DNA of 64,000 nucleotides from assembly GCA_002498125.1 (NCBI GenBank), contig DAGG01000030.1:3-64002 (forward strand), in the 5' to 3' direction. Shown piece after piece: positions 1 through 8,126 of this stretch (its first letter is position 1; every line of letters begins with the position of its first letter). The notes below the pieces were generated by a model. That model was not told the DNA's origin. It saw nothing but the letters and a program-made list of their open reading frames with translations, and ran no database searches. The translations under genes and the position numbers were made by a program. Source of the DNA: Candidatus Woesearchaeota archaeon UBA525 (GTDB lineage Archaea; Nanobdellota; Nanobdellia; Woesearchaeales; UBA525).

Positions 1-756
1 CTCTGTGCTCACGTTACCTATGACCAAACCGAGAGGTGGCAGCTGCCCCTGGCCTGCGGGGCAGTCATCGTTGGGGTCTGTGAAGTAATAGTATCTGGTC
101 TGCGACTGATTCTGCAGCATGGGCAGCAGCAACTGGTAGTTGATGACCTCTCCGTTGAACCCTTGCGTGAAATTCGTGAGCAAGGCTCCGAAGAACAACT
201 TGCCACTTGCATCCTTGAGCGCGACCATGGCAAATGTCTGCGGCTGCCCAGCCTCATCGAGCTTGTACGTGTACGTCCCTGGAGCAGTAAGGGTGAGGCC
301 GCCGAACTGCACCGTGATGTTGTTCGAGAATGTCGCCGTCGCTGATGTGAGACCTGAGCTGTTGAGCCCGTAGAACGCATCGATCTCCGCACGGGTCGCC
401 GGCGTCACTGAAGAGAACACGAGCGTGAGCGGATCATACACTGAAGCATATACCTCGTGAGCTATGTCGGGTTGGAGGCAGTCGAAGAGCAGGTTCTTGC
501 TCATGATCTCCCCGCCACTGAACATGTCGCTCTGCGGGAAGTCATACCCGTCAACACGCACACCGACACCGTACTGGCCTGACCATTCAGTCACAGGGAT
601 GTGATGCGCGATGATCATGGAGTAGATGTTCCCTGCCGAGCCAGAGAAAGATGCGTAGCCAACGTAATCGCCTACGACACGCAACCCTTGGACTGCGAAA
701 AAGACGAGCAGGATGATCATACAGGCATGGAGCGTTTTCTTCAGCGCGGGGTTCAT
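1..756 (-). CDS. Partial CDS (3' end outside the window): secreted or membrane-anchored hypothetical protein
   Basis: Absent from the ORF track because it has no stop in the window. Manual reverse-complement translation from the ATG at 756..754 gives 252 sense codons with no stop down to position 1 (MNPALKKTLHACMIILLVFFAVQG...YYYFTDPNDDCPAGQGQLPPLGLVIGNVSTE). It has a hydrophobic N-terminus and several NxS/T sequons. The ATG overlaps the TGA of the upstream gene (ATGA). Confidence 0.6.
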   Translation of the reverse strand, partial: MNPALKKTLHACMIILLVFFAVQGLRVVGDYVGYASFSGSAGNIYSMIIAHHIPVTEWSGQYGVGVRVDGYDFPQSDMFSGGEIMSKNLLFDCLQPDIAHEVYASVYDPLTLVFSSVTPATRAEIDAFYGLNSSGLTSATATFSNNITVQFGGLTLTAPGTYTYKLDEAGQPQTFAMVALKDASGKLFFGALLTNFTQGFNGEVINYQLLLPMLQNQSQTRYYYFTDPNDDCPAGQGQLPPLGLVIGNVSTE

Positions 757-3704
757 GCCATCGCCTCCATGCCCAGACGTCTCGCCATGCCTGTGACTGC
801 CTGGACCAGCTGCTGCTGCCGCTCAGGGTCGAGCCGCTCATAGATACGCGTGAGCTTCTCGTATGATGCGATGGCATTCTCCAAGTCATTGGTCTTGACG
901 TAACCATCAAGCTCTATCATGACCATGTTGAAGTAGAACCCATCCATCTCGTGCACAAGATCAATGACATCCTCGTACAACTCGTTCTTCGCAGGGATAG
1001 GGAGCGAGTCATAGGTCATCCTGATCTCCCTATACACGAGCTCCGCCTTGTCATAGTCATTAGCTGCGAGCTGGTCCTTGACGTCGCCGATGAGGACACG
1101 GACGTAGTGCGATTTCTCATTCCGGCCCAGACGGTAGATGAGATACTTCGCCTGCTTGAAGATGTCAAAGTAGTAGACCAGATAGGCTGTTAGTATGAAT
1201 GCGACCAGTCCGATGAGCCATAACGGCATCCCGGCGATATCATCACCTGAGAGTATGGCGAAGCCTGTTATGGAGTTCGTCTGTCCTGCATAGGTGCGTG
1301 CGAGCACGGTCTTGATATCCTCCATGCGCGTGAAATCAACACGTCTGGGGATAATGTACGTGATCGTCTCCTCCTGGCCGAAGCTGATGATGGGATCATC
1401 CACTACTATCTCCCCTTTCGTCTTCATATCGATGTCCTTGGCTGACGCGATGACTTCCTTAGGTATGACCTCGTATATCCTGTAGTCTGCCGGCAGGTCT
1501 GCCGCATAGGTGAATGACCTACTGATGATAGTGACGGTCTTCGCTGTCTGGTCAGGGAAGACAGTCTCCACCTGCATGAGCCTGGTGCTGATGGTGAACT
1601 TCTGTTGGTCGGGGGTGAGGAGCTTCGCCAGGCGTTTGCTGTCAGCCATGAACCCATCGATGCCTGCGAGCGCCGCTGCCGCCTCCTGCAGCGAAGGCTC
1701 ATCGAGGTACTTCACATAGGTCTTCGAGTCAGTCACCTTGATTGAAACAGGAGTGGTAGCGACAATTTTCTCGACGCTCTCAAGGATGCGCTCGCGCTCC
1801 GCCTTCCGCGCTGCGCTATCGAGATCGTTGCGGAACTGCAGGTCGCTGACGTCACGTATCGCCTGCTGGACCGATTTCTTCGTGTTGCGCAGCTGACGGT
1901 CAAACCCGAGCATTGCTATCGCGTCTTTCTCCTTCTGACCGTAGCCTGCGAGGTTGGTGATGATTGAATCATATGCATCGACGTACTCCTGCAGGCGCTC
2001 CTCGTCGGCACCTGTGTTCGCGACCTGTGCTTGAGGATCGCCTACTGTGAAGGAGATGATAGGAGAGCTGCCGGTACGCTTACCGTCGGTGCATTCAATC
2101 TTCATGCGGTGCTGTCCTGGTGAGAGTGACCTGACGAACTCACCGGCGCTTGTAGCCTGCGTCGTGCCGTTGGCGCTGAACCAGTCGCCATCAGCGCCGA
2201 GGAGCAATGTACAGGTGCTCGGCTTGTCGTGGACCACCTTGAACTGCATGGCGAGCGGCGATGATACTGTGCTGTCGGCTGCCGGAGCGGTGATCGTCAC
2301 CTGCGGGGCCTTGTCCTGGCTACGCGCAAGACCTACGGGGATGGTTCCTGATCCGTCGATGAGGTATTCCTCGATGAAGTACTCGTAATAAGGCGCTGTG
2401 ATGAAGACGCGGTATACCTCCTCTTCGAGGTCGACATACGCCAGGCCGCCGGTGAGGGTGCGGGTCTTCACGTGCTCATCGGTCTTGGAGTTGGTGATAT
2501 CTATCTCCACATCCTTGAGCCCCTCTCCTGTCTGGTTGTCGAAGACGCGGAAGATGACGCTGCGCACCGGCTTCACAATGTAGGTGATGTTGACTGTCCG
2601 CGTGTTGTTCATCACATCATATGCCGTCAGCCGTTGGGTGTAGTTGCCGGCAACTGCGTGCCTCATCCCGACAACAGTCCCTGTCTGTTGTGTGCCGTCG
2701 CTCAATTGCCACACGAACCTGTAGGGCGCTATGCCGCCGCCAACGGAGGCGGTCATGTTGAACGTCTTGTTGTGCTGGGGCGTCGTGCTGAGCTCGATAC
2801 TGAGGCTCATCGTGTTGATGATGCTGTAGCTGGTGCGGTTCACGCGCGTCTGTCCGCCGTAGCTCGCGGTGCCGTCCACCAGGTAAGGACCTGTCCTGTT
2901 GATGTAGGGAAGTGTAACTGTCTGCGGGAACTCCTGGCTCACTATGAGAGCGCTCGTGCACTGCACGAACCCTGCCTGGTCAGGGCAGATGTCCACACTC
3001 ACATTGGCGCCTGATATCGTATCTATAGTGAGCCGAGCTTGTTCACCGAGGCCGTACTCCGTCTTGTCCATAGTCAGGCGCAGGCTGAAGTCAGGTATGA
3101 TAGTGAGGCTCCGCTCCTGTAGGACGGTGTTGCCTGCGCCGTCGGCGCACTTCACCTGCAGCGTACCGTTGCCGGGTGGAACTGTGTAGTTCTTGGTGTA
3201 GTGCGTATTGCGTGCGACACTGATGGTTTCCAGGGACTGATTATTCCAGGAGACGTCGCATGCGAGCAGCACCGCAGTCTCATCTGCGGGGATGATATCG
3301 AGTGCGACCTGCTTGGCGGTGATGCCTGCCTGCGGGGCGACGATGACGAGCGTCGGGATAGTGGTATCGATGGTGAAGAGTCGTGTCTCGCTCGTCTCGA
3401 CGGTGCCGTTCGTACAGGTCACGTTCCAGGCGAAGGTGCCGGGCACGAGGTTCTGTACCTGCACACTATTCATCGCATTGCTCTGCGCATCGGCGTCTGG
3501 GAACTGCTGATTGTTGATGTTCACTACGCAGCCCTGGAGTTGCGGAAGGCTCACGTAGTAGTCGAAGGTGAGTGTTGTCGAGTTCGTGACTGTCGCGGGA
3601 GCGGGACTGAGGATGTCCACCATCGCATAGGATGGCACTGCCAGAGCGGCCGCGAGCAGGATGATGAGGAATGCCGCGAGGGAGGGAATGGATGCGCGGT
3701 TCAT
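753..3704 (-). CDS. Large surface protein (983 aa): signal peptide, Ig/PKD-like and carboxypeptidase-regulatory-like beta domains, one C-terminal TM helix, helical cytoplasmic tail
   Basis: Signal peptide MNRASIPSLAAFLIILLAAALAVPSYA. PKD-like segment GGGIAPYRFVWQLSDGTQQTG...NITYIV. TM helix WLIGLVAFILTAYLVYYF near the C-terminus. Many NxS/T sites. Its start overlaps the stop of the upstream RHH gene by 4 nt. Confidence 0.75.
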   Translation of the reverse strand: MNRASIPSLAAFLIILLAAALAVPSYAMVDILSPAPATVTNSTTLTFDYYVSLPQLQGCVVNINNQQFPDADAQSNAMNSVQVQNLVPGTFAWNVTCTNGTVETSETRLFTIDTTIPTLVIVAPQAGITAKQVALDIIPADETAVLLACDVSWNNQSLETISVARNTHYTKNYTVPPGNGTLQVKCADGAGNTVLQERSLTIIPDFSLRLTMDKTEYGLGEQARLTIDTISGANVSVDICPDQAGFVQCTSALIVSQEFPQTVTLPYINRTGPYLVDGTASYGGQTRVNRTSYSIINTMSLSIELSTTPQHNKTFNMTASVGGGIAPYRFVWQLSDGTQQTGTVVGMRHAVAGNYTQRLTAYDVMNNTRTVNITYIVKPVRSVIFRVFDNQTGEGLKDVEIDITNSKTDEHVKTRTLTGGLAYVDLEEEVYRVFITAPYYEYFIEEYLIDGSGTIPVGLARSQDKAPQVTITAPAADSTVSSPLAMQFKVVHDKPSTCTLLLGADGDWFSANGTTQATSAGEFVRSLSPGQHRMKIECTDGKRTGSSPIISFTVGDPQAQVANTGADEERLQEYVDAYDSIITNLAGYGQKEKDAIAMLGFDRQLRNTKKSVQQAIRDVSDLQFRNDLDSAARKAERERILESVEKIVATTPVSIKVTDSKTYVKYLDEPSLQEAAAALAGIDGFMADSKRLAKLLTPDQQKFTISTRLMQVETVFPDQTAKTVTIISRSFTYAADLPADYRIYEVIPKEVIASAKDIDMKTKGEIVVDDPIISFGQEETITYIIPRRVDFTRMEDIKTVLARTYAGQTNSITGFAILSGDDIAGMPLWLIGLVAFILTAYLVYYFDIFKQAKYLIYRLGRNEKSHYVRVLIGDVKDQLAANDYDKAELVYREIRMTYDSLPIPAKNELYEDVIDLVHEMDGFYFNMVMIELDGYVKTNDLENAIASYEKLTRIYERLDPERQQQLVQAVTGMARRLGMEAMA

Positions 3705-3955
3705 CGTTCTCCCTCCAGTAGTCGTTGCAGTTCGCGGAGGAGCTCCTCTTTGCGCTGCTGGTCTCCCTCTTTGATCCTGCGGCCGACCTCTTCGAGAACT
3801 GTCGATGATTCCTGCTGCGCGTACTTGAGCGCCTTCTGGCGCACGACGCTGCGGACCTGCTCGCTGAGGTCGATGTAGTGATGCTCGCGGGTGAAGCTGC
3901 GCAGCTCACTCACGAGACTGCTGGGCATCTTCACACTCACGACGCGCTCAGTCAC
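3701..3955 (-). CDS. Ribbon-helix-helix (CopG-like) DNA-binding protein with coiled-coil tail
   Basis: N-terminal beta-strand plus two-helix pattern (VSVKMPSSLVSELRSF...DLSEQVRSVVRQ). 4-nt overlaps with both neighbouring genes. Confidence 0.55.
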   Translation of the reverse strand: MTERVVSVKMPSSLVSELRSFTREHHYIDLSEQVRSVVRQKALKYAQQESSTVLEEVGRRIKEGDQQRKEELLRELQRLLEGER

Positions 3956-4140
3956 TTGCGTCCTCCTCTGGATTCGAGCGCGTACTCGCGGCAGAACTCA
4001 CGTATGGCTTCGGAGCGGTTTGCGAAAAGGCCGCGCTGCACGAGTTGATCGAGAACGTTCACCAGCTCATCTGGTAACCTGACATTCACTGTCTCCAAGC
4101 CGTCACTGTGGTCCAAACGTGGTTCTCCTGTATTACCCAC
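3952..4140 (-). CDS. Ribbon-helix-helix (CopG/NikR-like) transcriptional regulator
   Basis: VNVRLPDELVNVLDQLVQRGLFANRSEAIREFCREY is a typical RHH pattern. First gene of a four-gene overlapping operon. Confidence 0.65.
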   Translation of the reverse strand: MGNTGEPRLDHSDGLETVNVRLPDELVNVLDQLVQRGLFANRSEAIREFCREYALESRGGRK

Positions 4141-4148
4141 GTAGTTTT

Positions 4149-4267
4149 TACGTATTACGCAGGTATGTCGTTGCTATCTAGTCACTGAATTTGTAGTACC
4201 TACGTATTTTTTGATTTAAAAAGGTTGCGGGACACTGCACCAAGGAATTATTTTCCATATATACGTA
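4149..4267. promoter_or_regulatory. Three TACGTA palindromes in a divergent promoter region (candidate RHH operators)
   Basis: TACGTA at 4149-4154, 4201-4206 and 4262-4267, inside the AT-rich 188-nt spacer between the RHH operon (minus) and the 4329 gene (plus). TATA-like TTTAAAAA at 4215-4222 and TTTATAAG at 4300-4307. Confidence 0.3.
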
Positions 4268-4328
4268 CATGTTTTCTTACCGGAATTTCAAGGAAGTGCT
4301 TTATAAGAAACACCATCTTACCCCCTGA

Positions 4329-4802
4329 ATGGCCGCCAAGAACGATATCAAGACCACCTATGCCCAACTGGCGAAGAAACACCAGCTCCCGTCATTCGAC
4401 GATCTCAACAAGGACTTCGACATCGACGTCATCGAGGCCGGGACGAAGCACCTCGCCAAGGAGATCGCGAAGAAGGTGTTCGAACGCGTCGAGCTCTTCA
4501 AGAAGATACTAGAAACCGCACTGCAGCCCGACGTCAGCATCCTCAGCATGCAGGAATCGGAGTACCTCACAGAGAACGACCACGAAATCATCGCCGACGT
4601 GCTGCGTAGGCTCATGAAGCTCGACCGCACACTCCTCATCGCAGAGCTGGAGAACGACGACCGACTCTACGTCGGATTCATCAAGGACTCGTACGCAGAG
4701 TGGCCGAGAATAAAGAGAGAGCTCGGACCCATATTCAACCGCATGCTCGGTGGATGGAGCACGAAGCACAAGATCAAGCAGTTCCACCACTACGTGGGAT
4801 AG
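4329..4802 (+). CDS. Hypothetical protein (157 aa)
   Basis: Clean ORF with balanced composition. TTTATAAG sits 22-29 nt upstream of the ATG. No recognisable motif. Confidence 0.6.
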   Translation: MAAKNDIKTTYAQLAKKHQLPSFDDLNKDFDIDVIEAGTKHLAKEIAKKVFERVELFKKILETALQPDVSILSMQESEYLTENDHEIIADVLRRLMKLDRTLLIAELENDDRLYVGFIKDSYAEWPRIKRELGPIFNRMLGGWSTKHKIKQFHHYVG

Positions 4803-4864
4803 GCACAGGATTCTCTTTTACAGTTCTAGTCAGTCCCGTTTATAGTTAGTCCCGGTCTAGTTCT

Positions 4865-5074
4865 GTGCCGCCTTGGCATAACTCCGAAGCCTCCGCGCGG
4901 CGACCAGAGGGAGACAGCAAGGCGGAGGCTGAGACAAACCTGCATGCAGCACATGGCCGCGGCACGCAAAGTAATTCACCATCGCCTGAACAACAGCACA
5001 TTGGCCTTGCGCCGCAATGTCCGACTCTGGGAGAGACACCAAGGATCCTTTCCATAAGGAAGAGGCAGTTTTTT
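4865..5074 (+). ncRNA. Candidate structured small RNA of unknown class
   Basis: The 298-nt gap has no convincing ORF. TTTATAG at 4839-4845 lies about 22 nt upstream of GTGCCGCC. Long-range pairs: GTGCCGC 4865-4871 with GCGGCAC 4959-4965, and GCCTCCGC 4889-4896 with GCGGAGGC 4922-4929. CCGCCTTG 4868-4875 with CAAGGCGG 4918-4925 is mutually exclusive with the second pair. A terminal hairpin CCTTTCC/GGAAGAGG is followed by T6 at 5069-5074. Confidence 0.25.
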
Positions 5075-5080
5075 ATACAC
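5071..5080 (+). promoter_or_regulatory. TATA box of adk
   Basis: TTTTATACAC lies 21-30 nt upstream of ATG 5101. Confidence 0.45.
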
Positions 5081-5100
5081 TGCTTTGCGCAGAACGCAAC

Positions 5101-5712
5101 ATGAGAATCATCATCTTCGGACCGCAGGCATCTGGAAAAGGCACACAATCAGAGATGCTCGCGAAAGAGTCAGGCGTCATGCACATCAGCGTCGGCGAAC
5201 GGCTGCGCCAGGAAGCCGCCTCCGGCAGTGCGCTCGGCAAGAGGATGAAGGAGCGCATGGACAAGGGCGAGATGGTGTCCGACGATCTCGTCGAGAAAAT
5301 GATCAAACGCCTCATCGAGGAGTCAGAGGGAAAGTTCGTCCTCGACGGCTTCCCACGCACAGAGGCGCAGGCACGATGGCTTGACCTCATCACGCGGATA
5401 GACCGCATTCTCGTGCTCAGCATCTCAGACAAAACAGCGATTGAACGCATCGGGGGCCGCCGGGAGTGCGCCAAAGGCCACGACTTCCACCTCCTCTACA
5501 AGCCGCCGAAGAAAGAAAACACCTGCGATGAGTGCGGCTTGCCGCTGAAGAAACGTGCCGATGACACATCGGTCGCAATCATGAAACGCCTGCAGCTCTA
5601 CCACGAGCAGACAGAGCCCATGATCAAGCACTACCAAGACCGGATCATCACCATCGACGGCGAGAGATCTATCCCTGACGTGCACCACGCGATACTCAAG
5701 GCGCTGCGATAG
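5101..5712 (+). CDS. adk: Adenylate kinase (bacterial-type, with Cys/His LID)
   Basis: MRIIIFGPQASGKGTQ P-loop, DGFPRT motif, LID RRECAKGHDFH...CDECG. The ORF-track start at 5017 is rejected in favour of the ATG at 5101, which fits the family N-terminus and the TATA spacing. Confidence 0.9.
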   Translation: MRIIIFGPQASGKGTQSEMLAKESGVMHISVGERLRQEAASGSALGKRMKERMDKGEMVSDDLVEKMIKRLIEESEGKFVLDGFPRTEAQARWLDLITRIDRILVLSISDKTAIERIGGRRECAKGHDFHLLYKPPKKENTCDECGLPLKKRADDTSVAIMKRLQLYHEQTEPMIKHYQDRIITIDGERSIPDVHHAILKALR

Positions 5713-5745
5713 ACGGACTTTCAGCAGGAATCTCTCCAGGCCCCC

Positions 5746-6792
5746 TTACCTCTCCCCCTGCACCCTACCGACGCGATAGAGCACCTTCACGACCATTGTG
5801 GCATAGCAGCCTTTAGGCAGCGTGAACGTAAGCCGCTGCTTCTCCGAGCCCTGATGGATGTCGTCGGGCTCACGCAGCCCAATCTCGAGATCCTCGACAG
5901 GGAAGAACGCGTCGCGCTCGTCGCCCTCGACTGTCAGGAACGGCAGGCTGCGCACGACGAAGTCGCGCGGCACCAGTCCCTCGCGAGCGAGGATGGTTTC
6001 GTATAACGATGCAAACGCAGGATCTGACTGCGTGCCGAAACCGAAGAGCGGTATGCTCACGTCCGGCAAGTCGATGCTCGGAACGGCAATCGGCACAGGC
6101 CCATCGACATCGACGGCCGCGGGATCGCTGCGCTTGATATGCGCAGTGAGCACCTCGTTCCACAGGAGCGACTGGTATGAGTGCACATACATGAGGAGGA
6201 TGTTGCGCGGCACGTGCCGAAGCGCAGTAATAGCGTCGTTCGGCTTCAACGAGAGATGCTCCTGCATACGCGGCGCGACTTCACTATCAGTCTCGATGAT
6301 GCGACGCGCAGCTCCGGCGAAATCTCCCTTGATGAGGAGTTTCCCTATCTCAGCGTTCGCGACGCTGAATCGTTGCTCGTCGAAGTAGTTCGGGACCTTA
6401 TTGCGCTCAACAAGAGCCTCATCACCAAGCTTTCGCACAACTATCTCGAATCTGTTCCGCTCGAGCATCCCCAGACGCAACGGTTCATCGAGGAACCCGA
6501 CGAACCTGATCACAATGCCGTTGCGCTTGAAACGCTTGAGCCGCTCAAGGACATCGGAGCGCTCGATCTTCACTGTGATGTACTGCTTCGTGAGCGCACG
6601 CGCATCCTTCGCGCCGGCATAGCCGAGGAATCGCCGAGGAACGCCCAGAGAGTCCGCGATCTCGGAGAGCACCTTCTCAGTGGAGAGTCCGCGCTTGGTC
6701 AGCTCAATGAGAGCGTACGGCCCCTCTTCTTTCACATCATGCTTCGCAACCTCAACAACGATGAAATCCTCAGGGACGGTCTTGAGCTGCAT
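5746..6792 (-). CDS. truD: tRNA pseudouridine synthase TruD/Pus7 family
   Basis: N-terminal VPEDFIVVEV, catalytic YAGAKDARALTKQ (GxKD), VPNYFDEQRF. Confidence 0.85.
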   Translation of the reverse strand: MQLKTVPEDFIVVEVAKHDVKEEGPYALIELTKRGLSTEKVLSEIADSLGVPRRFLGYAGAKDARALTKQYITVKIERSDVLERLKRFKRNGIVIRFVGFLDEPLRLGMLERNRFEIVVRKLGDEALVERNKVPNYFDEQRFSVANAEIGKLLIKGDFAGAARRIIETDSEVAPRMQEHLSLKPNDAITALRHVPRNILLMYVHSYQSLLWNEVLTAHIKRSDPAAVDVDGPVPIAVPSIDLPDVSIPLFGFGTQSDPAFASLYETILAREGLVPRDFVVRSLPFLTVEGDERDAFFPVEDLEIGLREPDDIHQGSEKQRLTFTLPKGCYATMVVKVLYRVGRVQGER

Positions 6793-6870
6793 GTTCGACA
6801 GGAAAGAACGGGCGTTTAAGAGGTTTGCTAAGACAGAGGATTTTTATACTGCATCAGATGCAGATACCAC

Positions 6871-7305
6871 ATGGGGAAAATCGATGTACGGCCATGCGTC
6901 GTGCTCATCGAAAGAGGGTCGGTGCTCACCATAAGATGCAAGTACGACGAGGAATTCTACCTACTCCCGGGAGGCGGCGTTGAGCCTGGAGAGACACTTG
7001 TGGAATGCGCGATTAGGGAGATGGAGGAGGAGACAGGGCTACTTGTCGAGATTGAACGCATCGTGTACCTCAATGACTGGATCGCGAACAAAGAACGCAA
7101 TGAACGCGTGATCAACATCTTCTTCCTCGTGCGGCGTATAGGCGGGGAACTCCTGCGCGGAGAAAAAGATGGCGGCAAGGTCAAGGAGGTTGAATGGATA
7201 CCGCTCGAGAAATTCTCAGAAATCGACTTCCGTCCTCACTCCATAGGCGAGCGTCTGCGGCGGGATTATGAGGAAGGATTCCCTGGCGTACCATACTCCA
7301 ACTGA
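6871..7305 (+). CDS. NUDIX hydrolase
   Basis: Nudix box GGGVEPGETLVECAIREMEEETG. TTTTTATA at 6841-6848 upstream. Confidence 0.85.
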   Translation: MGKIDVRPCVVLIERGSVLTIRCKYDEEFYLLPGGGVEPGETLVECAIREMEEETGLLVEIERIVYLNDWIANKERNERVINIFFLVRRIGGELLRGEKDGGKVKEVEWIPLEKFSEIDFRPHSIGERLRRDYEEGFPGVPYSN

Positions 7306-8126
7306 CGCTGCACAAATGCCCCTATCTGCGCCATGGATCCCTGAATGTAGTAGCAGGGTACCTGTGCGGCGAATGACCTACACAGCGCAGTCCTTTTCTT
7401 CGTCAAGTCTTTCGTATCGAGGGAATCCAACTGGTGCGTGAACCCCTTCACGAGCCTCGTGACCCCGCGAATAGGGATGGAAATCTCCCGGTTGAGGTGC
7501 CAAAAGAGATCATCTACATTGAACCTGTACTGGATCGGCTCCGCGAGCCCGTTATCGATGTGCGGATACATGAGGAGCGCCGCATCGCATACAGACCTGT
7601 GCGAGAGCGCATAGAACTCCTCCTGCGTTCCAAGCAGGTCCTTGAGCACACGCTTGCGAGCAGCGACAGAGCGCGATCCACCGATGATACGGTACCGCTC
7701 CAGATCGAGGAGCGTCTTCTCATCGGAGAAGAACGAGAATCCTTCCCTGACCAGCTCCAACATGCAACTCGTCTTGCCGAGATTGGTCGCGCCGCCAAAG
7801 AACACGACACCTCTTCCATCCTTGACTGCGGTGGCGGAGCTGAGCGCATATATACCACGCTCCTGCCTGGCGCGCTCGAGGAGATACTCTGCGGTGGCGA
7901 CCACGTCACGCGCGCTCAGCCCGGGTCCGAAACGGCAGAAAGGGTATTCGAGCACGATGTCATCGCAACCCGATTCTATCACTGAGACATCAGCGGACCC
8001 TTGCACGAGAGAGCCATCCGGTATGAAGTGGAATGTGAACTCATCAGCGAGTATCTCATCGAGCATTTGCTGTCGCGCGACAATCTCCGCCACCGCACCA
8101 TGAGACCCTATGCGCAGCCTATCCAT
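7266..8126 (-). CDS. HPr-kinase-C-terminal-like P-loop protein
   Basis: GVVFFGGATNLGKTSCMLELVREGFSFFSDE resembles the HprK/P C-terminal Walker-A region (G..G.GKS..ALEL...GH.LV.DD). Last gene of the glycosyltransferase operon. Confidence 0.45.
   Translation of the reverse strand: MDRLRIGSHGAVAEIVARQQMLDEILADEFTFHFIPDGSLVQGSADVSVIESGCDDIVLEYPFCRFGPGLSARDVVATAEYLLERARQERGIYALSSATAVKDGRGVVFFGGATNLGKTSCMLELVREGFSFFSDEKTLLDLERYRIIGGSRSVAARKRVLKDLLGTQEEFYALSHRSVCDAALLMYPHIDNGLAEPIQYRFNVDDLFWHLNREISIPIRGVTRLVKGFTHQLDSLDTKDLTKKRTALCRSFAAQVPCYYIQGSMAQIGAFVQRQLEYGTPGNPSS

Noticed and set aside
5017-5100. N-terminal extensions of adk (5017), gatE (16603-16692), smc (38254-38361), the MscS-like gene (56687-56824), the helicase (41075-41137), the IPT gene (11023-11091) and the 246-aa ORF (45694-45843).
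   Set aside because: The family N-termini and P-loops begin at the internal ATGs. The extensions overlap promoters, a tRNA or neighbouring genes. TATA spacing supports the shorter forms.
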